Made by a program: the position numbers and the translations under genes
Part shown: positions 19,195-30,252 of the stretch, in pieces
Layout of the letters: each line of letters begins with the position of its first letter
How positions within the stretch are numbered: position 1 is the first letter of the stretch
Assembly: GCA_963754655.1 (NCBI GenBank)
Contig: CAVWGN010000001.1
Coordinates: 2,304,001-2,368,000, forward strand
Direction of reading: 5' to 3'
Origin: an uncultured Chlamydiae bacterium
Lineage (GTDB): Bacteria > Chlamydiota > Chlamydiia > Chlamydiales > Parachlamydiaceae
DNA: 64,000 nt
Notes under the pieces: generated by a model
What the model saw: only the letters and a program-made list of their open reading frames with translations
Told to the model about the DNA's origin: nothing
The model's database searches: none

Positions 19195-20572
19195 GCGCTT
19201 TCTCCCGCATTAGGTATTGAAGTCCATGATAGGGTGTCGAAGTATCGTCTCCAGCTTGTTCTGGTCCATGTTTTACTTTCTCATTCAGAAGATAAATAAA
19301 TAAGAAAAATAAGACGAGATAAACGACAGAAAACATGATAATAGAAGATAAGATTTGATTAGCTGTCACTGACTTAGAAAGGCCATCCGAGATACGCAAT
19401 AGTCCATATACAATCCAAGGATAGCGACCTGATTCAGCACAATACCATCCTGTTTGATTGCCAATTTGAGGCAAAACCACTGAAAAAACCAATGTCATTA
19501 AAAAATAAGGATGGGCTTCAAGACGTTTTTTAAACCAAAGATAGAGGCCTACAAGAGTTAAACAAAACATTACAGCCCACATCCCTAACATCAAACGATA
19601 AGCATTAAAAAGAACGGGAACATTCGGCCAATCGTCTTTGGGAATTTGATCTAAGCCTTTAATTTCCGCATCAAATGAACCAAATGATAAGAAGCTTAGC
19701 AGCTTGGGAATTTGAATGGCATACTCTAATTTTTCCTCCTTGGGATTGACAATCCCATAAATTGTTAAAGGCACACTCGATTCTGTTTTATAAAGAGCTT
19801 CTAAAGCTGCAAGCTTAGAGGGCTGATATTTGGCTACCACTTTGGCGCTTAGATCACCTACTACTAACTGTAAAATGCCAGAAATCAAAGCAACGAGTAA
19901 TCCAATGTACATGGAATTACGGGCGAAAATTAAATGCTTTTTTTTCAATAGATAATAAGCTGAAATGCTAATCACTAAAAATGCTCCAGCTAACCAACAC
20001 CCTAAAATCACATGAGCGAGTCGAATAGTTGACGACGGATTAAAAACCATTTCCCAAAAACTCGTGATTTCAGCGCGGGCTTGCACTCCCTCACCTACAA
20101 TGTGAAAACCTGTGGGAGTTTGCATCCAAGAATTAGCCACCACAATCCAAATAGCACTAAAATGAGCTCCTAGACATACCATCAAGCTAGAAAAAAAGTG
20201 CAGCTTTTTTCCAACCCGATTCCAACCAAAAATTAAAATTGCCAAAAAGCCCGATTCAAGAAAAAAGGCAAATACCCCTTCTGCCGCAAGTGCACTTCCA
20301 AATACATCTCCGACATAACGCGAATAAGTTGCCCAATTCGTTCCAAATTCAAATTCCATGACGATGCCTGTGGCCACTCCAATCGCAAAAGTTAAAGCAA
20401 AGACTTTGGTCCAAAATTGCGCCATTCGCAAATAAACGACATTGCTTGTTTTAAGATAAATGGCTTCCATAATGACCATGATTAAGCCAAGTCCAATGCT
20501 CAAAACAGGAAAAATGTAGTGAAACATAATGGTCAAAGCAAATTGAAAGCGCGCGAGCGTTAAGACGTCCAT
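19178..20572 (-). CDS. cydA: Cytochrome bd ubiquinol oxidase subunit I
   Basis: [48 protein letters not shown]. Confidence 0.97.
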   Translation of the reverse strand: MDVLTLARFQFALTIMFHYIFPVLSIGLGLIMVIMEAIYLKTSNVVYLRMAQFWTKVFALTFAIGVATGIVMEFEFGTNWATYSRYVGDVFGSALAAEGVFAFFLESGFLAILIFGWNRVGKKLHFFSSLMVCLGAHFSAIWIVVANSWMQTPTGFHIVGEGVQARAEITSFWEMVFNPSSTIRLAHVILGCWLAGAFLVISISAYYLLKKKHLIFARNSMYIGLLVALISGILQLVVGDLSAKVVAKYQPSKLAALEALYKTESSVPLTIYGIVNPKEEKLEYAIQIPKLLSFLSFGSFDAEIKGLDQIPKDDWPNVPVLFNAYRLMLGMWAVMFCLTLVGLYLWFKKRLEAHPYFLMTLVFSVVLPQIGNQTGWYCAESGRYPWIVYGLLRISDGLSKSVTANQILSSIIMFSVVYLVLFFLFIYLLNEKVKHGPEQAGDDTSTPYHGLQYLMREKAHDTDL

Positions 20573-20640
20573 ATGATTTCTAGCCAGAAGATTTGATTCA
20601 TTAATTTTTAAAACTCAACTTATATCAAACCCGAGAAATA

Positions 20641-20768
20641 AATTCATTAATTCAAGCTCAATCATGAGCCAGATTTTTGTGACGATCGTTTCGAAGTGAT
20701 ATTTCTTAATATTAATGAGAAATGATTGCTCAAAAGAAGACCATAAGTGAGCTTGAATTGATGAACTG
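20641..20768. repeat. Degenerate inverted repeat upstream of cydA
   Basis: aattcattaattcaagctca ... tgagcttgaattgatgaact (2 mismatches over 20 bp), weaker inner pairing. Confidence 0.55.
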
Positions 20769-20894
20769 ATTGATAAGGATTAGAGTTAGGTAGCAAAAGT
20801 TCTAAAAGCCAAACTTAGAAAAATAGATTTTGAGAAAACTGCGCCTACGCCTTATCTAAAGAAAGAACTATTTTCCCAATATGACAGCCCTTTA

Positions 20895-21002
20895 GGCCAT
20901 ACGTATTAAGCTAAGAGATGAGCGTAGGCTACGCGCGACGCTTTCAGCCGCCACGCCGCTTCGCCTAATCTAGCACCCACTCTTAGCTTAATACGTATGG
21001 CC
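20895..21002. mobile_element. Small palindromic element with GGCC ends; degenerate copies recur in the array spacers
   Basis: ggccatacgtattaagctaagag...ctcttagcttaatacgtatggcc; related sequence near 24054, 26768, 29798, 32861, 41288, 43501, 45743. Confidence 0.7.
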
Positions 21003-21053
21003 CTTTAGGCCTAACGACAAAACCCTCAGCTAATTCAAAAACTTATCTTACTG

Positions 21054-21476
21054 CCCACATTCCTAGACCAGGAAGATAAGTTTTTTGAATTAGATAAGAG
21101 CTCTGTCGTTAGGCCTGAAGGGCCGTCATGTTACAGCCCAGGTCGAAGCGAAGCGGAGGCCTGGGTAAAATAAAAAAGAATCGAGTCCTGAAAGGACGGC
21201 ATACTCAAAGGAGTGATTTCGCTTCGCAAGGGAATGGAGGATTTTCTATCTCTACATTAGCTCTAGAAGGAGAAAAAAATATCTTGCTTCTCAAAAAGAA
21301 TACCGAATATTTGTGGGATTAATTTATGCCGTCCTTTCAGGAATCGATTCTTTTTTTTATTTTACCCAGGCCTCCGCTTCGCTTCGACCTGGGCTGTAAC
21401 ATGACGGCCCTTCAGGCCTAACGACAGAGCTCTTAACTAATTCAAAAAACTTATTCTCCTGGTCTAGGAATGTGGG
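21054..21476. mobile_element. REPIN-like element: two ~150-bp inverted arms carrying REP-like stems around a ~120-bp spacer
   Basis: cccacattcctagaccagg...aggcctgaagggccgtcatgttacagcccagg...cctggg...gtcctgaaaggacggcata and its reverse complement. Confidence 0.8.
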
Positions 21477-21484
21477 TTACTGGT

Positions 21485-21817
21485 CTAGACGGGTATGATT
21501 AAATCTGGGAGTTTATATTTTTTAGCAGATCGATACGAAATGGTAGGGCGGCGGTAGCTGCTTTCAGTGGGAAGCCCCGTATGAAGCGAGCTTGCGAGCG
21601 GAATGCGGGGTGTAGGCAAGATAGCATTGAGCTGCGGAAGCAGCGTAAGATCACTCACACCGCTTCCGTGGTTTATATTTATTGATGCCCACTCCGCATT
21701 CCACTCGCAAGCTCGCTTCATATGGGGCTTCCCACTGAAAGCGGCTACCGCCGCCCTACCATTTCGTATCGATCTGCTAAAAAATATAAACTCCCAGATT
21801 TAATCACACCCTTCTAG
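21485..21817. mobile_element. CTAG-bounded palindromic element with ~130-bp arms
   Basis: ctagacgggtatgattaaatctgggagtttat... versus ...ataaactcccagatttaatcacacccttctag. Confidence 0.8.
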
Positions 21818-22092
21818 GAATATTATTTAAATTCTTCTAAATCAAAATGTTGGGATGTGTTATGCTATTTTTTATCTTTGCTACTTTTGACCTTTATTCT
21901 TATCTCTCTTACAAAACCTGGGAAAGATACGAAATCCAAAAATGAAATGGTTATTAATAAATTTTAATCAAAGACCTCCGCCATCTTTCAAGCTTGGACT
22001 TAAATCAGTGTCAATGAGCACATACTCGTGTAAACAATTATTAAATGTGTTAATTAAAAATAAATAAAATGATAATAATAAGGTAAATCATA

Positions 22093-24009
22093 ATGAATAT
22101 TCCAACTTCAAGTCTTCCTTTATGCACAGGTGTTGGATACAAGCGAAACTCCACTTGTATTCAACCTTTCCAACCTCCTCGTAAACGAATCAAACAAGAG
22201 ATTAACCCTCAGACAATCTCCTCTGCTTTTCCATTTTGGCAAGAATTATCAAACTATAAGGATATTATTCTAAAAATTAGTTCTTATCTTAGAATTAAAG
22301 ATTTACTCCATTTAGAAGCTACTCATAAAGCACAAGGCAATTATACTAAGGACTTTTGGATTCAAAAGAAAAAGGATTCTGTCCCTAATTGGGCAATGTG
22401 TGAAAAAGAGCCTCATCAAGATAAATGGAACGTCTGTTTAACTTCAGCACTTAAACGCTGCGTCAAAGAATTAGCAGCAAATTCCATGGGAATTAATGTG
22501 CCATTAGCCCAAAACATCTTTCTTTACTCTCAAGGACTTTTCAAAAGATTTCCCTTGTATGGATGTTATGTTAAAAGCGAAATAACTAAATTAGCTAATA
22601 ACTCCCCTAATATCTTAAATGAATTACAATCACAAAAAGATGAAATTTATCAGTTAGCTTTACAAAAAAAGGGAGGAGAATTAATTCTTCAAACTCTTTT
22701 TGAAATACACAATTATCTTTCTCAACCCAATGCACGATCCTATTATTTAATTAGCCAATATGCAACGGAGGCAATTAATCAAAAAGCTTATTGCATTAGC
22801 CTATTTGCTTTAAAACTATTCTATCAAAAAAATTCACACGCAAATTTAAATAATGATCAACGAAATCTATTAGAAGATTTAAGTCTACAGGCTGCTAAAA
22901 AAGGATATTTTTTGGCGTTAGATCTTTTGCTCTCTCACTATTCTCCAGCAGATGTCCAAAAGTTAATTGATCAAGGCTTGTGTTATGCTCCAGTGCTAGC
23001 TCAGCAGGCTGTTCAGTTTTTCTCTACACAGCAATGGAGACAAGCTGACGCGCTTTTAGTGGAGGCCATTGCTAAATATGGAAATAAAGTTCCAGCTAAG
23101 GTTTTAAATAATGCAGCTTACATTAAAATGCGCTTGAAGCAATATTCTGAAGCAGATGCTCTCTATGCCCAAGCAATTGTCAAGTATGGGCCTCAAGTTT
23201 CAGCTTATATTCTAGACAATGCCGCTTTCGTTAAAAAAGAATTGAAGCAATATTCTGAAGCAGATGCTCTCTATGCCCAAGCTATTGCCAAGTATGGGCC
23301 TCAAGTTCCAGCTTATGTTCTAAAATATTCCGCTTTCGTTAAAAAAGAATTGAAGCAATATTTTGAAGCAGATGCACTTTATGCCCAAGCAATTGCCAAG
23401 TATGGGCCTCAAGTTCCAGCTGATGTTCTAACCGATTCCGCTTTCGTTAAAAAAGAATTGAAGCAATACCCTGAAGCAGATGCTCTCTATGCCCAAGCAA
23501 TTGCCAAGTATGGGCCTCAAGTTCCAGCTGATGTTCTAACCAATTCCGCTTTCATTAAAATACAATTGAAGCAATATTCTGAAGGAGATGCTCTCTATGC
23601 TCAAGCAATTGCCAAGTATGGGCCTCAAGTTCCAGCTTATATTCTAGCTAATTCCGCTTTCGTTAAAAAAGAATTGAAGCAATATTTTGAAGCAGATGCA
23701 CTTTATGCCCCAGCAATTGCCAAGTATGGGGACCAAGTTCCAGCTTATGTTCTAGTCAATTCCGCTTTCGTTAAAAAAGAATTGAAGCAATACCCTGAAG
23801 CAGATGCTCTCCATGCCCAAGCAATTGCCAAGTATGGGGACCAAGTTCCAGCTTCTGTTCTAGCCAATTCCGCTTTCGTTAAACAAGAATTGAAGCAATA
23901 CCCTGAAGCAGATGCACTTTATGCCCAAGCAATTGCCAAGTATGGGCATCAAGTTCCAGCTGATGTTTTAGAGGCTGCAGCTCAAGTTAAACTTCAATTA
24001 AAAGAATAA
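22093..24009 (+). CDS. Array paralog 1: NLS/F-box-like/36-aa TPR-like repeat protein, 8 repeats
   Basis: Repeats start at aa 335; 638 = 334 + 8x36 + 16. Confidence 0.9.
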   Translation: MNIPTSSLPLCTGVGYKRNSTCIQPFQPPRKRIKQEINPQTISSAFPFWQELSNYKDIILKISSYLRIKDLLHLEATHKAQGNYTKDFWIQKKKDSVPNWAMCEKEPHQDKWNVCLTSALKRCVKELAANSMGINVPLAQNIFLYSQGLFKRFPLYGCYVKSEITKLANNSPNILNELQSQKDEIYQLALQKKGGELILQTLFEIHNYLSQPNARSYYLISQYATEAINQKAYCISLFALKLFYQKNSHANLNNDQRNLLEDLSLQAAKKGYFLALDLLLSHYSPADVQKLIDQGLCYAPVLAQQAVQFFSTQQWRQADALLVEAIAKYGNKVPAKVLNNAAYIKMRLKQYSEADALYAQAIVKYGPQVSAYILDNAAFVKKELKQYSEADALYAQAIAKYGPQVPAYVLKYSAFVKKELKQYFEADALYAQAIAKYGPQVPADVLTDSAFVKKELKQYPEADALYAQAIAKYGPQVPADVLTNSAFIKIQLKQYSEGDALYAQAIAKYGPQVPAYILANSAFVKKELKQYFEADALYAPAIAKYGDQVPAYVLVNSAFVKKELKQYPEADALHAQAIAKYGDQVPASVLANSAFVKQELKQYPEADALYAQAIAKYGHQVPADVLEAAAQVKLQLKE

Positions 24010-24478
24010 CCCGCAGGAGATCATCTTGTAATATGACGGCTCTTTAGGCCTTAGGCCATACCATCAACAAGTTAAGAGAGGGGCTTAGACTACGCAGCGA
24101 CTGAAGCGTCGTGTAGCCTAAACTCATCTGTTAGCTTGATGCGTATGACCCTTTAGGGCTAACTACAAAATCCTCAGCTAATTCAAAAACTTATCTTCCC
24201 GGCCTAGAAATGTGAGTTAAATTCTTCTAGATCAAAATGTTTGGATTTATTATGCTATTTTTTATCTTTGATACTTTTGGCCTTTATTCTTATCTTTCTT
24301 AAAAAAGTTGGGAAAGATATGAAATTCAAAATGAAGTAGTTATTAAGAAATTTTAATCGAAAGCCTCCTGCCATCAAGCTTGGACTTAAATCAGTCTCAA
24401 TGAGCACATCCTTATGTCCACAAGTACTAAATATATTAATTAAAAATAAAAAAAATGATAATAATAAGGTAAATCATA

Positions 24479-26722
24479 ATGAATATTCAAAGTTCGAGTC
24501 TTTCTTTATGTACAGGTGTGGGGCACAAACGAAACTCCAATTGTATTCAACCTTTCAAACCTCCTCGCAAGCGAATCAAACTAGAGGCCACCCCTCAGAA
24601 CAACTCCTCTGCTAATTTTCCATTTTGGCAAGAATTATCAAACTATAAGGATATTATTCTAAAAATTAGTTCTTATCTTAGAATTAAAGATTTACTCCAT
24701 TTAGAAGCTACTCATCAAGCACAAAGCAATTATACTAACGACTTTTGGACTCAAAAGAGAAAGGATTCTGTACCTAATTGGGCCATGTGTGAAAAAGAAC
24801 CTCATCAAGATAAATGGAACATCTGTTTAACTTCAGCACTTAAACGCTGCGTCAAAGAATTAGCAGCAAATCCCACGGGGATTAATGTGCCATTAGGCCA
24901 AAACATCTTTCTTTACTCTCAAGGACTTTTCAAAAGATTCCCATTGTATGGATGTTATGTTGAAAGCGAAATAGCTAAATTAGCTACTAGCTCTTCTAAT
25001 ACCTTAAACAAATTACAATCACAAAAAGATGAAATTTATCAGTTAGCTTTACAAAAAAAGGGAGGGGAATTAATTCTTCAAACTCTTTTTGAAATCCACA
25101 CTTATCTTTCTCAACCCAATGCACGATCCTATGATTTAATTAGCCAATATGCAAAAGAGGCAATTAATCAAAAAGCTTATTGCATTAGTCTATTTGCTTT
25201 AAAACTATTCTATCAAAAAACTTCACACGCAAATTTAAATCATGATCAACGAAATCTATTAGAAGATTTAAGTCTACAAGCTGCTAAAAAAGGATATTTT
25301 TTGGCGTTAGATCTTTTGCTATCTTACTATTCTCCAGCAGACGTCCAAAAGTTAATTGATCAAGGCTTGTGTTATGCTCCAGTGCTAGCCCACCATGCTG
25401 TTCAGTTTTTCTCTACGCAGCAATGGGGAAAAGCGGACGCTCTTTTAGTGCAGGCCATCGCTAAATATGGGAATAAAGTTCCATTTAAGGTTTTAGATAA
25501 TGCAGCTTACCTTAAAACGTACTTGAAGCAATATTCTGAAGCAGATGCTCTCTATACCCAAGCAATTGTCAAGTATGGGCCTCAAGTTCCAGCTTACATT
25601 CTAGACAATGCCGCTTTCGTTAAAAACGAATTGAAGCAATATTCTGAAGCAGATGCACTTTATACCCAAGCAATTGCCAAGTATGGGCCTCAAGTTCCAG
25701 ATTATGTTCTAGCAAATTCCGCTTTCATTAAAAAAGAATTGAAGCAATATTTTGAAGCAGATGCAATTTATGCCCAAGCAATTGTCAAGTATGGGCCTCA
25801 AGTTCCAGATGATGTTCTAGCAAATTCCGCTTTCGTTAAAAAAGAATTGAAGCAATATTCTGAAGCAGATGCTCTCTATGCCCAAACTATGGCCAAGTAT
25901 GGACCTCAAGTTCCAGCTCATGTTCTAGCCAATTCCGCTTTCGTTAAACAAGAATTGAAGCAATATTTTGAAGCAGATGCACTTTATGCCCAAGCAATTG
26001 CCAAGTATGGGCCTCAAGTTCCAGCTTCTGTTCTAGAAAATGTCGCTTTCGTTAAAAAAGAATTGAAGCAATGTTTTGAAGCAGATGCACTTTATGCCCA
26101 AGCAATTGCCAAGTATGAGCCTCAAGTTCCAGCTTCTGTTCTAGCCAATTCCGCTTTCATTAAAATACAATTGAAGCAATATTTTGAAGGAGATGCTCTC
26201 TATGCCCAAGCTTTTGCCAAGTATGGGCTTCAAGTTCCAGATTATGTTCTAGCAAATGTCGCTTTCGTTAAACTAAAATTGAAGCACTATTCTGAAGCAG
26301 ATGCTCTTTATGCCCAAGCTTTTGCCAAGTATGGACCTCAAGTTCCAGATTATGTTCTAAACAATGCCGCTTTCGTTAAAAAAGAATTGAAGCAATATTT
26401 TGAAGCGGATGCATTTTATGCCCAAGCAATTGCCAAGTATGGGGACCAAGTTCCAGCTTCTGTTCTAGCCCATTCCGCTTTCGTTAAAAAAGAATTGAAT
26501 CAATACCCTGAAGCAGATGATCTCTATGCCCAAGCAATTGCCAAGGATGGAGACCAAATTCCAGCTTATGTTCTAACCCATTCCGCTTTCGTTAAAAAAG
26601 AATTGAAGCAATACCCTGAAGCATATGCACTTTATGCCCAAGCAATTGCCAAGTATGGGCCTCAAGTTCCAGATGATGTTTTAGAGGCTGCAGCTCAAGT
26701 TAAACTTCAATTAAAAGAATAA
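24479..26722 (+). CDS. Array paralog 2, 11 repeats
   Basis: Same N-terminal region (+1 aa) and 108-bp repeats. Confidence 0.9.
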   Translation: MNIQSSSLSLCTGVGHKRNSNCIQPFKPPRKRIKLEATPQNNSSANFPFWQELSNYKDIILKISSYLRIKDLLHLEATHQAQSNYTNDFWTQKRKDSVPNWAMCEKEPHQDKWNICLTSALKRCVKELAANPTGINVPLGQNIFLYSQGLFKRFPLYGCYVESEIAKLATSSSNTLNKLQSQKDEIYQLALQKKGGELILQTLFEIHTYLSQPNARSYDLISQYAKEAINQKAYCISLFALKLFYQKTSHANLNHDQRNLLEDLSLQAAKKGYFLALDLLLSYYSPADVQKLIDQGLCYAPVLAHHAVQFFSTQQWGKADALLVQAIAKYGNKVPFKVLDNAAYLKTYLKQYSEADALYTQAIVKYGPQVPAYILDNAAFVKNELKQYSEADALYTQAIAKYGPQVPDYVLANSAFIKKELKQYFEADAIYAQAIVKYGPQVPDDVLANSAFVKKELKQYSEADALYAQTMAKYGPQVPAHVLANSAFVKQELKQYFEADALYAQAIAKYGPQVPASVLENVAFVKKELKQCFEADALYAQAIAKYEPQVPASVLANSAFIKIQLKQYFEGDALYAQAFAKYGLQVPDYVLANVAFVKLKLKHYSEADALYAQAFAKYGPQVPDYVLNNAAFVKKELKQYFEADAFYAQAIAKYGDQVPASVLAHSAFVKKELNQYPEADDLYAQAIAKDGDQIPAYVLTHSAFVKKELKQYPEAYALYAQAIAKYGPQVPDDVLEAAAQVKLQLKE

Positions 26723-27188
26723 CCCGCAGGAGATCATCTTGTAATATGACGGCCCTTTAGGCCTTAGGCCATACCATCAACAAGTTAAGAGAGGGGCTTA
26801 GACTACGCGGCGACTGAAGCGTTGTGTAGCCTAAACCCATCTGTTAGCTTAATGCTATGACCTTTAGGCCTAACTACAAATCCTCAGCTAATTCAAAAAC
26901 TTACCTTCCGGTCCTAGAAATGTGAGTTAAATTCTTCTAGATCAAAATGTTTGGATTTATTATGCTATTTTTTATCTTTGATACTTTTGGCCTTTATTCT
27001 TGTCTTTCTTACAAAAGTTGGGAAAGATATGAAATTCAAAATGAAGTAGTTATTAAGAAATTTTAATCAAAAGCCTCCTGCCATCAAGCCTGGACTTAAA
27101 TCAGTCTCAATGAGCACATACTTATATCACCAACTATTAAATGTATTAATTAAAAATAAAGAAAATGATAATAATAAGGTAAATCATA

Positions 27189-29753
27189 ATGAATATTCAA
27201 AGTTCAAGTCTTCCTTTATGCACAGGTGTTGGATACAAGCGAAACTCCACTTGTATTCAACCTTTCCAACCTCCTCGTAAACGAATCAAACAAGAGATTA
27301 ACCCTCAGACAATCTCCTCTACTTTTCCATTTTGGCAAGAATTATCAATCTATAAGGATATTATTCTAAAAATTAGTTCTTATCTTAGAATTAAAGATTT
27401 ACTCCATTTAGAAGCTACTCATAAAGCACAAGGCAATTATACTAAGGACTTTTGGATTCAAAAGAAAAAGGATTCTGTCCCTAATTGGGCAATGTGTGAA
27501 AAAGAGCCTCATCAAGATAAATGGAACGTCTGTTTAACTTCAGCACTTAAACGCTGCGTCAAAGAATTAGCAGCAAATTCCATGGGAATTAATGTGCCAT
27601 TAGCCCAAAACATCTTTCTTTACTCTCAAGGACTTTTCAAAAGATTTCCCTTGTATGGATGTTATGTTAAAAGCGAAATAACTAAATTAGCTAATAACTC
27701 CCCTAATATCTTAAATGAATTACAATCACAAAAAGATGAAATTTATCAGTTAGCTTTACAAAAAAAGGGAGGAGAATTAATTCTTCAAACTCTTTTTGAA
27801 ATACACAATTATCTCTCTCAACCCAATGCCCGATCCTATTATTTAATTAGCCAATATGCAACTGAGGCAATTAATCAAAAAGCTTATTGCATTAGCCTAT
27901 TTGCTTTAAAACTATTCTATCAAAAAACTTCACACGCAAATTTAAATAATGATCAACGAAATCTATTAGAAGATTTAAGTCTACAGGCTGCTAAAAAAGG
28001 ATATTTTTTGGCGTTAGATCTTTTGCTCTCTCACTATTCTCCAGCAGATGTCCAAAAGTTAATTGATCAAGGCTTATGTTATGCTCCAGTGCTAGCTCAG
28101 CAGGCTGTTCAGTTTTTCTCTACACAGCAATGGAGACAAGCTGACGCGCTTTTAGTGGAGGCCATTGCTAAATATGGGAATAAAGTTCCAGCTAAGGTTT
28201 TAAATAATGCAGCTTACATTAAAATGCGCTTGAAGCAATATTCTGAAGCAGATGCTCTCTATGCCCAAGCTATTGCCAAGTATGGGCCTCAAGTTTCAGC
28301 TTATATTCTAGACAATGCCGCTTTCGTTAAAAAAGAATTGAAGCAATATTCTGAAGCAGATGCTCTCTATGCCCAAGCAATTGCCAAGTATGGGCCTCAA
28401 GTTTCAGCTTATATTCTAAACAATGCAGCTTACATTAAAATGCAATTGAAGCAATATTCTGAAGCAGATGCTCTCTATGCCCAAGCAATTGTCAAGTATG
28501 GGCCTCAAGTTCCAGCTTATATTCTAGACAATGCCGCTTTCGTTAAAAAAGAATTGAAGCAATATTCTGAAGCAGATGCTCTCTATGCCCAAGCAATTGC
28601 CAAGTATGAGCCTCAAGTTTCAGATTATGTTCTAGCAAATTCCGCTTTCGTTAAAAAAGAATTGAAGCAATATTTTGAAGCAGATGCACTTTATGCCCGA
28701 GCTATTGCCCAGTATGGGCCTCAAGTTCCAGATTATGTTCTAGCACATTCCGCTTACATTAAAATGCAATTGAAGCAATATTCTGAAGCAGATGCTCTCT
28801 ATGCCCAAGCAATTGCCAAGTATGGGCCTCAAGTTCCAGATTATGTTCTAACAAATTCCGCTTACATTAAAATGCAATTGAAGCAATATTCTGAAGCAGA
28901 TGCTCTCTATGCCCAAGCTTTTGCCAAGTATGGGCCCCAAGTTCCAGCTTATATTCTAGCCAATTCCACTTTCGTTAAAAAAGAATTGAAGCAATACCCT
29001 GAAGCAGATGCACTTTATGCCCAAGCAATTGCCAAGTATGGGGACCAAGTTCCAGCTTCTGTTCTAAACAATGCCGCTTTCGTTAAAAAAGAATTGAAGC
29101 AATACCCTGAAGCAGATGCACTTTATGCCCAAGCAATTGCCAAGTATGGAGACCAAGTTCCAGTTTCTGTTCTAGTCCTGTCCGCTTTCGTGAAAAAAGA
29201 ATTGAAGCAATACCCTGAAGCAGATGCTCTCCATGCCCAAGCAATTGCCAAGTATGGAGACCAAATTCCAGCTTATGTTCTAACCGATTCCGCTTTCGTG
29301 AAAAAAGAATTGAAGCAATACCCTGAAGCAGATGCACTTTATGCCCAAGCAATTGCCAAGTATGGAGACCAAGTTCCAGCTTATATTCTAGTCAATTCCG
29401 CTTTCGTGAAAAAAGAATTGAACCAATACCCTGAAGCAGATGCTCTCCATGCTCAAGCAATTGCCAAGTATGGGGACCAAGTTCCAGCTTATGTTCTAAA
29501 CAATGCCGCTTTCGTTAAAAAAAAATTGAAGCAATATTTTGAAGCAGATGATCTCTATGCCCGAGCAATTGCCAAGGATGGAGACCAAATTCCAGCTTCT
29601 GTTCTAGCCAATTCCGCTTTCGTTAAAAAAGAATTGAAGCAATACCCTGAAGCGGATGCACTTTATGCCCAAGCAATTGCCAAGCTTGGACCGCAAGTTC
29701 CAGCTGATGTTTTAGAGGCTGCAGCTCAAGTTAAACTTCAATTAAAAGAATAA
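27189..29753 (+). CDS. Array paralog 3, 14 repeats
   Basis: Same architecture; N-terminal region nearly identical to paralog 1. Confidence 0.9.
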   Translation: MNIQSSSLPLCTGVGYKRNSTCIQPFQPPRKRIKQEINPQTISSTFPFWQELSIYKDIILKISSYLRIKDLLHLEATHKAQGNYTKDFWIQKKKDSVPNWAMCEKEPHQDKWNVCLTSALKRCVKELAANSMGINVPLAQNIFLYSQGLFKRFPLYGCYVKSEITKLANNSPNILNELQSQKDEIYQLALQKKGGELILQTLFEIHNYLSQPNARSYYLISQYATEAINQKAYCISLFALKLFYQKTSHANLNNDQRNLLEDLSLQAAKKGYFLALDLLLSHYSPADVQKLIDQGLCYAPVLAQQAVQFFSTQQWRQADALLVEAIAKYGNKVPAKVLNNAAYIKMRLKQYSEADALYAQAIAKYGPQVSAYILDNAAFVKKELKQYSEADALYAQAIAKYGPQVSAYILNNAAYIKMQLKQYSEADALYAQAIVKYGPQVPAYILDNAAFVKKELKQYSEADALYAQAIAKYEPQVSDYVLANSAFVKKELKQYFEADALYARAIAQYGPQVPDYVLAHSAYIKMQLKQYSEADALYAQAIAKYGPQVPDYVLTNSAYIKMQLKQYSEADALYAQAFAKYGPQVPAYILANSTFVKKELKQYPEADALYAQAIAKYGDQVPASVLNNAAFVKKELKQYPEADALYAQAIAKYGDQVPVSVLVLSAFVKKELKQYPEADALHAQAIAKYGDQIPAYVLTDSAFVKKELKQYPEADALYAQAIAKYGDQVPAYILVNSAFVKKELNQYPEADALHAQAIAKYGDQVPAYVLNNAAFVKKKLKQYFEADDLYARAIAKDGDQIPASVLANSAFVKKELKQYPEADALYAQAIAKLGPQVPADVLEAAAQVKLQLKE

Positions 29754-30252
29754 CCCGCAGGAGATGATCTTGTAATATGACGGCTCTTTAGGCCTTAGGC
29801 CATACCATCAACAAGCTAAGAGATGGGCTTAGACTACGCGGCGACTGAAGCGTCTTGTAGTCTAAACTCATCTGTTAGCTTGATGCGTATGAGACCCTTT
29901 AGGCCTAACTACAAAATCCTCAGCTAATTCAAAAACTTATCTTCCCGGCCTAGAAATGTGAGTTAAATTCTTCTGGATCAAAATGTTTGGATTTATTATG
30001 CTATTTTTTATCTTGGATACTTTTGGCCTTTATTCTTATCTTTCTTACAAAAGTTGGGAAAGATATGAAGTTCAAAATAAAGTAGTTATTAAGAAATTTT
30101 AATCAAAAATACCCCTGCCATCTTTCAAGCTTAGACTTAAATCAGTCTCAATGAGCACATACTTGTGTAAACAAGTATTGAATGTATAAATTAAAAACAA
30201 AGATAGTTATAATAACTAAAAGATATTTATAATAAATTAAAGGTAAATCATA

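Noticed and set aside
21128..21803. Short ORFs 21128-21322, 21485-21721 and 21603-21803
   Set aside because: They lie within palindromic repeat arms; likely chance ORFs
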